NCBI GenBank assembly: GCA_964348525.1
Contig: CAYGCY010000004.1
Location: 1,886 to 53,334 of the forward strand
Origin: an uncultured Candidatus Saccharibacteria bacterium
GTDB taxonomy: Bacteria > Patescibacteriota > Minisyncoccia > Phycocordibacterales > Zambryskibacteraceae
DNA length: 51,449 bases
Direction: 5' to 3'
Made by a program: the position numbers and the translations under genes. Of this stretch, positions 1 to 12,000 are shown piece after piece. Below the pieces are notes generated by a model. It was not told the DNA's origin and did not search any database. It saw nothing but the letters and a program-made list of their open reading frames with translations. Each line of letters begins with the position of its first letter. The first letter of the stretch is position 1.

Positions 1-3000
1 CGCTCACGAACCTTCTTACTAATGGCTCCACCACCCTCCAAAACTTCACATTCCAGAACGCAACAGGTACTCAAGCTACTACCACCAATCTCTTCTCTAC
101 CAATGGCACATTCACAAATCTTTTCGCCAACACGCTTAATTTAGCCAACCTATTAGTAACTGGTTCTACCACTCTCCAAAACCTCACATTCCAAAACGCT
201 ACAGGAACAAACGCAACGACAACTAATCTTTATGTTTCAGGTAGAGCCTCCACCACAGACTTAAGAGCAAACACAGGAAACATCGGAAGTTTAACAAGCG
301 TGTTTGCTACGCTCACGAACCTTCTTACTAATGGCTCCACCACCCTCCAAAACTTCACATTCCAAAACGCTACAGGAACAAACGCAACGACAACCAATCT
401 TTATGTTTCAGGGTTAGCATCAACAACTAGTCTTCGCGCAAACACAGGATTGTTTGGGAATGTTGGGATTGGTTTATCAAATCCTACAACCAAACTTCAC
501 ATCTCAGACATAACAGCTAATGCTCCACAAATCCTAGTTGAAAACACAAGTACTTATGGAATTCGTCTCGGATTAAATTCAAGCAATGTTGGTTTTATGG
601 GTTCAGCAAATGCAACGCCAGTACAAATTCAAACTAATAGTATTGCTCGAATGTATTTTGATACCGCAGGAAATGTTGGCATCGGAACATCTAGCCCGGC
701 GGGTGGGCAGTTAGTTATATCTTCTTCAACAGGCCCCCAACTTGCACTTACAGATGCATCTTTAACTAATAATGTCTGGACCTTTAGAAATTTGGGAAAT
801 AATCTCTATATTTCAACATCATCTCCAACATCATTCTCAACTTCAACTAATCCCGTTGTTTCTATAGATGGAATATTGGGTAATGTAAAAATTGGAACCA
901 CATCAGAATCTTATGCCTCTTCTTACACGTCTACATCCACAAAACTTCAGGTTGGTGGCGCTGGTAAATTTGGCTTTGGTTCATACGGAACAAGTAATCA
1001 AACTACAGTGACCGATGCCAGCTTGATTATTCCAACGGGCGGTCAAATATATATGGAAAATGCTCAGGGCTTCTTAAGAACATTGATTAAATCAGATGGA
1101 AGTGGAAACGTAGATATTGGGCAATCAGGAACAGCGATTGTTCCCTCAATAAGTTTGAAGGCAGGGAATGCCGGGTATATTTCAATGATACCCGGAGGAG
1201 GCGAGGCAATGAGAATTGTCAGTTCCGGTCTTGTTGGAATTGGTACAACCACACCAATTGCTAACGTAGATATTTTCAAAGCAAGCGGAGACGCATCTCA
1301 AGGATTTACCTCTTCCTCAACTGCGGGGGTACAGATGGCGTGGACAATCGGCACTGATATTTCTGATTCAGGAAAATTCAAAATATCTTCCTCAACACTT
1401 CTAGGCCTCAATGATAGATTTGTAATTGATGGATCGGGGAATGTGGGAATAGGCACAGCGAGCCCAGGAGCAAAATTACAGGTATATGGAGATGGGGCAA
1501 GCAGTGCCGGGACTATTTTAATCGACCAACCAACCTCACCAACCGGTTCAACTAGTGTGGGTCCTCACATATTCTTTAAATCTGCTGGGGTAAATAGAGG
1601 GTGGATAGGATTTTTTGATGCATCAGCTCACGGCAACGGCACAGAGATGAATTTGCGAGGTTATGCTGGCTTGAGATTGTCTGGTGCGTCAACTGGTGAT
1701 CATTTATATGTAAATACTAGTGGTAACGTTGGTATTGGGACAACAACACCTACCACTCTTTTAAATGTCTACGGAGATGCCTCCTTTGGACAGGCTGCGA
1801 AATCTACTATCTTTATCAGGGGCTCTGCTGGTACAGCTATTTCTTTCAATAGAAATCCAACGAGTGGAGCGATTACTAATACAGGTGCATATTCATATCA
1901 ATTAAATCACACAGAAAGTACCACTAATACAAGTGATTATTTAGCATGGCAAATCTATGATACGGCCGGTAATTCTGTTGCAAACAATGCTTTTGTATTG
2001 AATGGTGTAGGAAATGTTGGCATCGGCACCACCTCTCCTCTCACAAAACTCTCGGTTGCAGGCAATGCATATATAGGAGGATGGTTAATGGCAACAGGGA
2101 CAGCTTCAATAGCCGGAAACACATATCTAGGCTCTGAACTTTTGGTAATGGGTTCAACAACACTTCAGAATTTCACTGGGACAAGTGGCACTACAACCAA
2201 TTTCTTTGCCACCAATCTTACTGCCACTAATCTTACGTTTACGAATGAGATTACCACAAACTCAACTTCTACAAATGCAACCACTACCAATCTCTATGTT
2301 TCCGGGTTGGCTTCAACAACTAACCTAAGAGCAAATACTGCTTTGCTAGGAAATGTCGGTATAGGCACAACGACATCACTAACTGAAGCACTTACCGTAG
2401 ATGGAAATATAAAACTTAACAACAACACACTTTCTGCCCAAAGCATTACTCTCGATTCAGAAACAAGCATTGGTCTACGTGTTACTAATCCAAATGGGTA
2501 TGTTTCTATTACTCCGCTCAACACTTCTGGCGCTCATATCTATACCAGTCTTCCAAGATTTTATTTCAATGTAGCCCCAACTTCTATTACTGGAGCATTT
2601 AGCGCATACAGCACGACAGACCTCAGTCTCCAAACAGGAAGTGGTGCGTCTACTAGAATGACAATAAAAGCAGCTACTGGAAATGTGGGTATTGGTACCA
2701 CCACCCCAGAAGGCAGATTGGACATCCTCTCAACTAACACTCCAGGAATTGGCGCCGAGCCCACAGTAAAAGGAACACTAAGAATATTAGATGCAGGAGG
2801 GGACACGGCTTCAGCTGGAGGATTGGAATTCAAATCAGCAGCTACAGGCAATGGTTATGGCTGGAGACTCACTGCTCCAGACGAAGTAGGAGCACCAGGC
2901 TCACTGTATTTCCAAAAGAGAGCCAATTCAGCTTCTTGGACAAATGCAGTTACATTTAGAGGAGATTCTGGGAATGTGGGGATAGGTACGACGAGCCCTT

Positions 3001-6000
3001 ATGCAAGACTCTCTGTTTGGGGTTCTGATACATCCGCCACAACCCGTGCATTTGAAGTTGCAAATAACGCTTCTACCACAATGTTCTCTGTATTTAATAA
3101 TGGTCTTGCCGCTGCCACCAATTTCTTAGTTAATGGGTCTTCAACACTTCAAGCATTTACAGGAACTAATTATCTAGCCCTTGGCTCCACAACTCTTCAA
3201 TCATTTACCGGAACTAATGGAATTATTACTAACGCTACAACTACAAATGCCACCACAACTTACTTGTATGTTTCAGGATTAGCATCAACAACTGACATAC
3301 ATTCCAATACTGCAGACATTGGCTCTCTAGTTGCAAGAAATTTCCTTGCAAATGGCTCCACAACTCTTCAAACATTTACAGCAACACAAGCAACAATTAA
3401 TGCCACCAGCACAATAAGTAATCTCACGAATTCCCAAGAGTATTCAATAGCTCTAACTCTTGGTACCGAAGAGTGGGTCAAACTCGCTACAATTCCTAAC
3501 CATTCATACGCAACTTTTGTTGGAAATATTGGGTCTACAAACTCAGAAGAGACATTCAAAATAGACATTGGTACAACACACACTACATCGCTGGCATTAA
3601 TAGATGTCGATCGCCAGACATATAACGCAAGGTTGAGCGAAGTTAAAGTTGAAGGTGCTGATGGGGGTACTAGAACTATCTATGTAAGGATACGAACCTC
3701 TGATTTTGCTCCAACGATGACTTGGAGGGTGTTAAATGCAAAAGGTGCAATAACAGTGGTAAATGCAACTTCCACCACTCCTACAGGCGCAACTTTTGCA
3801 ACACTGCCTGTTACAGTCAATACATCAAACAACACAACTAAAACCCCAATATTCTTTAAGGGAAATGCTGACGCTTACGCGACCTTCACTGCGTCGTCAA
3901 CAGCGGGGGTATCTTTGGCGTGGTCTTTGGGGACCGACCTATCTGATTCAGGTAAGTTTAAAATATCTTCATCTACAGCATTAGGGTCATCGGACAGGTT
4001 TGTTATTGATGGAAATGGGAATGTGGGTATAGGAACTACCACCCCACTCTCCAAACTGGCAGTCTCTGGAGGCGTCTCTATTGGCTCCAACTACAATATC
4101 GCAGCTCCCACAGATGGGTTAATAGTAGAAGGTAGTGTTGGGATTGGGAGGTCGAGCGCAGGGGCTTCAAAATTACAAATTCTTGCAACTGGCAGTGGCT
4201 TTACTCAAGAAAAAACAATAGGAGGGTATTTCTATTCTATGGGTTTTAATGCGAACAACCCTTATTTGACATACTACTCGAGCACTGGGATGACGATTGG
4301 TTACGGAGAGGCTACAGGCGCAGCCCCAACAGTGAACACAATGACGCTATTGAATAATGGTAATGTCGGCATTGGTTCAACAACCCCACTCACAAAACTT
4401 TCTGTAGCTGGAAATACATATTTAGGTGGAAATGTAACAGCTACAGGCACAGCAACAGTTTATGGTTCTCTGATGGTTCTTTCATCAACCACTCTTCAAG
4501 TTGTTGGTGCAACTTATGCATCAACAACGCAAATCCAATCCACGGGGCAAGCATATCTCGCTACATCTGGTGGAAATGTGGGTATTGGCACTGCGGCACC
4601 TGCATACAAATTGGAAGTAGTGGGGACTTTGGGACATGACAATATTCAAATTTCTAAAGAGACAGCCATAAACTCTGGCACATACGGCGTTACTTATAAA
4701 ACTTTAATGTTGGGAGAAGAAGGGTCTCGTAGCATTTCATTAAACTATGATCCATCAACAAACACCTCAACCAATTTTAATGGTATTGATCAAATTTTTA
4801 TTCAAGACAGCAAAGGAATTTTGGCTCCAAACACTGCAGACAATGCCTTTATTGGGGTATTGAGACCGATGAATGATAGGGTTTATTTTGGAGGAAGTTT
4901 GAGTTCTGGAGATTTGCTAGGAGATGGTATGACAATTCTGTCTAGTTCCGGCAATGTCGGGGTTGGCTCAACCTCTCCTCTCACAAAACTCTCGGTTGCA
5001 GGCAGTGCATATATAGGGGGGTGGTTGGTAGCCACAGGCACAGCGCAAATAGATGGAGCTACTGTATTAAATTCAACACTGTTTGTTAATTCTTCCACAA
5101 CTCTTCAAAATTTTACTGCACAGAACGCAACCACTACAAACGCAACGACAACCAAATTTGCGATTACGGGTCTTTCTTCTCAAATTCCTTACGCATCACC
5201 TAATGGGGCGATTGTCCCACTTACAATTGGTACCAACCTTACTCTTACAAACGGTACACTTTCTTCTGCTCCCACATTTACCTTCCCATTCACAACCCAA
5301 ACTGATTGGGGGACACACAACGCAACCTCAACCATCATAGGATTTAAGGCTGGTTTTTATTCTCTCGCATCTTCGACAATAGGAAACAGCACTACTGGTG
5401 GAGGACTCACAATTTTTGGTGGAGCTACCACTACAAATAATTTCTTAGTATTGGGTTCAACTACTCTTCAAAATCTTACAACCACCAACGCCACCACAAC
5501 CAATCTTTATGTTTCAGGTCTCGCTTCCACCACAGATATTCATTCAAACCTAGCTAATATTGGCGCCCTTACAGTAGGTCCAATAACTTCCGGTTTGATA
5601 AATGGCCAAACAATTTCTTCAACAGCCTCATTCACAGGAACAGTAAATGCAGTTACAGGATATAAATTAAATGGCGCGGCTACTTCCGGCAACTATTTGA
5701 GGGGAGACGGAACCAACTTTGTTTCAAGCGCAATTCAAGTCAGTGATGTTCCTACACTCAACCAGAGCACAACTGGTTCGGCAGGAACTTTATTGCGCGA
5801 AGATAATCGCACAATCATACCAACCGAACTAACTTCCGCTTACTTAAAATTTGGCTTTACCAGTTTTGCCAATAATGATTCTTCACCTTACGCTGATTTT
5901 CTCCATATGAGGAGCTACACAGATGCTTCTGGCGGAAATGATAATTTGGTTATGTTCAACAAGAGCTCCATTGGTATGCGCATATACCAGCAGACTTGGG

Positions 6001-9000
6001 CAGCATCAACCTCTGCATACTCTTCTTACAAGGATGCAGTTCTAACAGATGTAGGAAGTGCCAATGTTACACTTCTTGGTTCAACAACTCTTCAAGCTAT
6101 AACAAGGACAACAGAACTCGCCCTAGGTTCCACCACCCTCCAATCATTCACAGGAACAAATGGCATCATTACTAACGCTACAACCACCAACGCTACAACA
6201 ACAAATCTCTATGTTTCTGGGTTGGCCTCTTCTTCAGCGTTGAGGGCTAATACTGCGTTATTTGGTGGAAATGTTGGAATTGGGACAACCACTCCAACCG
6301 CGCTTCTTTCTGTGCAAGGTGCTACCGCAAATCAGCTTATGTTGAGTTATGATGCCACCAATTCCACAAGGATATTCACCAACTCTGGTGGCGCACTTGT
6401 ACTAGACCCATCTGATGCTGGTGAGACAATTTATTTTGGTGCAGCAGGTACGTACTATATGAAGGGTGGGTCTAGCGGTTCAAATCTTTATGCACTCACA
6501 CTAAATCGTTCTGGTGGTAATCCTGCGGTAGCCGATATTTGGTCTGGCGGAAACGCTCTCGTTATTGGTGGAACATCAGCCGGCGCAGGAACTGTAACAA
6601 TAAATACTTCCGGTGGCGCAGCCCCAACCGCCTATTTTACTAGCTCAAGTGTTGGTATTGGAACGACGACACCAACACGACAGCTTACCGTAGCTGGTGT
6701 TGGAACAGGGATACTTAGGATCGATGGTAGTTTTTCTGGCGCTCCAGCAAGAAGGTCTATGCTTGAGTTAAGTTCTGACGATGCTGGAAGAGCGCAGGGT
6801 GTAATTACTATTTCTGCAGGAACAGAGGGGTGGTTTTATGGGAAACCATATTCAGCGGATGCATTTACAATTGGCTACGGCTCGTCTCAAGCTGAATACC
6901 CGGCACAATCAAAATTTTATATAACTAGTGCTGGAAACGTAGGGATAGGTTCATCTTCCCCGCTTACAAAACTCTCTGTAGCGGGAAGCGCATATATAGG
7001 AGGATGGTTGGTAGCCACAGGCACAGCACAAATTGATGGGGCAACTGTACTGAAGTCGACGCTGCTTGTTAATTCTTCAACAACCCTCCAATCATTCACA
7101 GGAACAAATGGAATTATTACTAACGCTACAACCACCAACGCCACCACAACCAATTTCTATGTTTCTGGATTAGCATCAACTACCAATCTAAGAGCAAATG
7201 TCGCAAACATTGGGAACCTTACTGTGACGACATGTAGCGGGTGTTCTGGTGGAACAATTGCTTGGCCTTTCACAAAACTATCAACTGGGGAGCAAGCAAC
7301 ATCAACTACACTTGCATTTTTGAATGGATTTATTTCAACAGCTTCTTCAACAATTAATTCCAATCTAGCTATTACTGGAAGTCTTGGAGTTGGGACATCA
7401 ACACCCAGTGGTTTTAAGGTTGATGTGGCTGGCAATGTGATACTTTCCGGTGATACTAGAAGTTTACAAATCGGACAGTCGGGTGGGCAAACCTTATATT
7501 TCCAAAATTCATCAAACGGAATTTCATTTAATAACAATCAGTTCCAATTTTTAACTACTCAAACATCAGGTTTTAATTTTTCTGGAGGCAATGTCGGTAT
7601 TGGAACCACCACTCCTTCTCGTGCACTAACAATATCTTCTTCAGCTGCACCACAACTTGCGCTTACTGACGCATCTCTTACATCAAACGCTTGGACAATG
7701 CGTTCCCTTGGCAACTTCTTCTACTTGGCGACATCAAGCCCAACGTCATATGCAACTTCGACAGTGCCTTCTCTTACAATCACACCAAATAATATGGTGG
7801 GAATCGGTACATCTACACCGGCTGCTGCAACACTTTCGGTGCAGGGAAGTATATATTCTTCTGGAAATGTAATGACATCTGGGCAACTCCTTGGCTCATT
7901 GCCTTTCAACTTCCTCACTACTCCTACAGCTTCGCCTTCTATAAATATGTCCACATACTCTACACTCTTAAACTGGGCGACAGGTTCTGGAGTGAGCGAC
8001 TTGTTTAGATTGCAAACAGATGCTTCTGCAAACGGCACAGGAAGTCTCCTTTTGGTACAAACAGGAGCGGGTGCCACCGTAAAACCATTAAATGTATATG
8101 CTGGTTCCGCGCAGGCGTTGACTATAGATACCTCGGGTAATACAGGTCTTGGTACCACATCTCCAGGTGCAAGGCTAGATGTTAACCAAATAAGCGGACA
8201 GCCAGGTGCATTCTTCGGAGACATTGCTGGCACTGGAACAGGGGGCACTATGCGATTTATTTCGGCACAAGGGCCAAATTCAACAGCAGACTATTATATA
8301 CAGCTAAACAACAACGCTCGTAGTGCTACTGGTGGGGTATTCCGCTTCACTGGGCGATTTGGTGCAAATGAGACTCTTTCTGTTGATGTGGCAAATCAAA
8401 GAGTAGGTATTGGTTCAAGTACCCCCGGAACAACACTCGCGGTTGTGGGTACTACAACGGGTTATGGATTTGTACCAAGCGCCAATTTGGCTTATGGTTT
8501 GGGTAGCACAGGACAAAGATTCAAAGATGTTTGGGTTGGTACTGCAAACATCGGTACATCCACTTGGTCAATTTCAAACGGCTCCGATGGCAGACTTACA
8601 TTCAACAACGCAGCAAACTCTGCGGGTACTGAAACTGTCTCTCTCGCAACAAATGGAAATGTTGGAATAGGGGTTACAAATCCACAATTTACTTTGGAAA
8701 TATCAGGAAGCACCAAAATTTCAGGGAATTTATCAAGTACATCTATTTCCATGTCTTCAATGAGCCCTTATTGGGCTACGTATAGTGCTGGAGGAGGAGC
8801 TGCTGGTAAAACACTTAAACTTAATGCATCTACTACTGTTATTTTTACTGGAGGAGCGATAAATATAAATAAGATAGGTAGCTATGGCACGGTGCAGGTT
8901 AGTTCTTATGCGATTAATGCAGGAATCGATGTAAATTTTTGGAGTGCTAGCCCGCCCTACGGAGATATGATCTTATTGGATTCTAGTAGATTAGTGTTTA

Positions 9001-12000
9001 CTTATGCGTATTCATCTTGGGGTACTAAGGCCGTGGTGTGTACGATTTCAGGAGATGCTGTTCAAAGTTGTGGATCTCCAGTAACTGTCAAATCTGGGAC
9101 AAGCCAGCCATGGCACAGCAAGCTAATTAACGTTGGTGATGGTACAAATTTCATTGTAGCTTACACGGATACAACCTCTGGAAGTGGTGTATTTGCGAGA
9201 GTCGGGGTAACTTCTGGCACTACTATTTCTTCTTTTGGCACAGAAGCCAGTTTCTCTGATGGAGGATGGAACACTACATATCCTACAATTTCAATGTTTG
9301 TTGCTACCACAACAAGATTTGTTCTTGGGTGGTACAACGCCACCCTAACTTCAGGGAGGTATGTAGTGGGCAATACAAGTGGCACCACAATAACATTTGG
9401 ACAAAGAGAAAATGGAGTTATGACCCACTCTTCCCCATCAGCAGGAGATGCTTTAATGCCCCTGTCTGATTCAAATATGTTGGTTTTTGCGCCAATAACC
9501 GGTGGTACTGTGCTTCATCAAATATCTGTTACGGGCACATCAACGATCGCTACTTCTACTCTTGCTGCATTATCCAATAGTGCGACAACTCCTTATGTTG
9601 ATCTTTTAGATTATCAAACAGTCGTTGTTGGTTACGGTACTAATTTTAGGATACTAAACATTTCTTCTTCCACAGTAACAAATATAGGATCACCTCAAAG
9701 CACGCCATCTGTTTCTCACCAATATATTGTTGGTATTTCAACTACCTCATTTATTTCAAATCTTCGTATTCTTAAAACAAGAGATATGTCTTTAACACAC
9801 GGCATTGATAGCTTTGACACAAGTCAAGCACTTGCCATCACCACGTCAAATCCGACAACAATGCGAACGATTAAACTTAGTGATTCAAAATTTGTTCATG
9901 TAATTGATGTGGGTTCCCAGATACAAATGAAAGCTGGGACTTATACTTCTACTGGGATTGAGAGGGTTGGTGCCCTACAAACCATTTCAACGACTACGAA
10001 TTATTTGTCTGCAGCGGCCTTAAGTGATAGTGCGTTTATTATTACTAATTCTTCTAATACTGGAGGAGCTAGTAGTGGAGGACACGTCGATGCGTGGATA
10101 TGTTCTGTTGACACTGCTAACACCATTACTTGTGGGACAGCAAGAAGGATTTTTGACTCTTATGTTGCAGGTGCTATCTATAATTCCGTAGACAGTTTTG
10201 GGAGCTCTAATTTTATCATTGGATACGCAACATCTACAAACGCCGCAGCTACTGTAGTGGCTGGTGCGTGGTCGGGTACCTCCATAACATCTCTTGGCAC
10301 ACCCCAAACATCCGGCTCAGGCTTAAGCATAACCGGTGTGGCTTTGGCTAGAATTTATGGGACTACAACACAGTTTGCTTTTGCGTATGTAGACAATACT
10401 GCAATATCTCCAGCTAAAAATAAGGTAGTAATAGGTACTATCTCCGGCACCACTATTACTCTAGGTAGTACGGCAAATCTTACTTCAGCGACCTCTTCTA
10501 ACATTAGAATTGTCTCTAACTCTCCCGACACTTTTATTGCTTACTCAACATTAACTTCCGGAAATGCTTTAATTCATGGTGCTATTTCAAATGAATATAG
10601 TGTAGCTACCACTTCTGTGCCGTTTGAAACATTAGCAACTCCTACTATGAGCGTATTGGATACCAGTCATATAATGTTATCGTCTGGGGCTGACTTTATA
10701 ATTTTCGAAACAGCACCTTCTGGTATAACTAGAATGCAGAATAGACAAACCGTACGAACAGGTGCCGTAACATACTTTAGCTCAATGGAGAATATCGCTG
10801 CTTTTAGTACAACCAGTGCAATAGTGTCTTATTATACTGATAATTTGGGTGGTAGTACCAACACTTATTCGGTTGCTATTTTATTTGATACAGCCGCGTT
10901 AAATTACCAATCTAAAGCACTTGTCATTAAGGAAACAGGCACGAGTCTTTTTGGAGATCCCAGAGTTGGTATTAACAATACTAGTCCTCTTTATGCCTTG
11001 CATGTTAATGCACCCACGGGTGAAACGACTGTGGCAGGATTTTCAAACGGTTCTTATACTTGTACTGTAAATCCTGCTGATACAGCATTAACATGTACTT
11101 CAGACATCAGACTTAAGAACAATATCTCCACGTTAGCAAGCTCAACGGACATTATAAGAAAACTAAGGGGCGTTAATTTCTCATGGAAAAATGATGAAAC
11201 AAATGCAAATCATATAGGATTTATTGCACAAGAAGTTCAAACAATTGCGCCAGAACTAGTGTCGGAAGGACCAAACGGAATATTGGGGGTGAACTACTTA
11301 AATTTTGCACCCTACTTGGTAAACGCATGGAATGCTTTGGATGTGCGCGTTTCTTCTCTTGAAGGAATTGCAACATCGACACTTCCTGCAACATCAACAC
11401 CAATGCTCTCTGTGACATCAACTGGTTTGGGAATTGGAACACTAACACCAGCATTTGCGCTTCACGCAAAATTTGGTGGAGAGGGAACTGCGGTATTTGA
11501 AAATGAAAATGGAATTTGCGAAATAAATCCAAACACGGGTTCATTTGGCTGTGCACCTAATAGGGGAGCAGTAGTAGCTACATCAACAATAGGCACCAGC
11601 CTTGCAAGCTCAACCGAAATAATAAAGAAACTTCGCGGAGTAAATCTCTCTCTAATGTCTGCTTCTTCAAGCGTAAGTCAATTTGGATTCCTAGCAGAGG
11701 ACGTGGAGATGATAGCTCCTGAACTAGTTTCAAATGTGGGTGGAATTAAGCTAGTAAAAACAACAGAGATGATTCCTCTTCTAGTAAACTCGGTTGCAGA
11801 TTTAGCCGTAAAAATAGACACAATAGATGAAAGGCTTGCCAAACTCGAAGCGCTAGTTGCTACCACCACAACTGCCACCTCAACTACCGCAACCAGCACA
11901 GGTATAACTTTGGGCGGACTAGATTTGCAGTTTGTAGTGGACGCAGTAGTAGGGGCATTCCAAAACATGACTACCCAAATAAGCTTCAACATCGCAAAAT

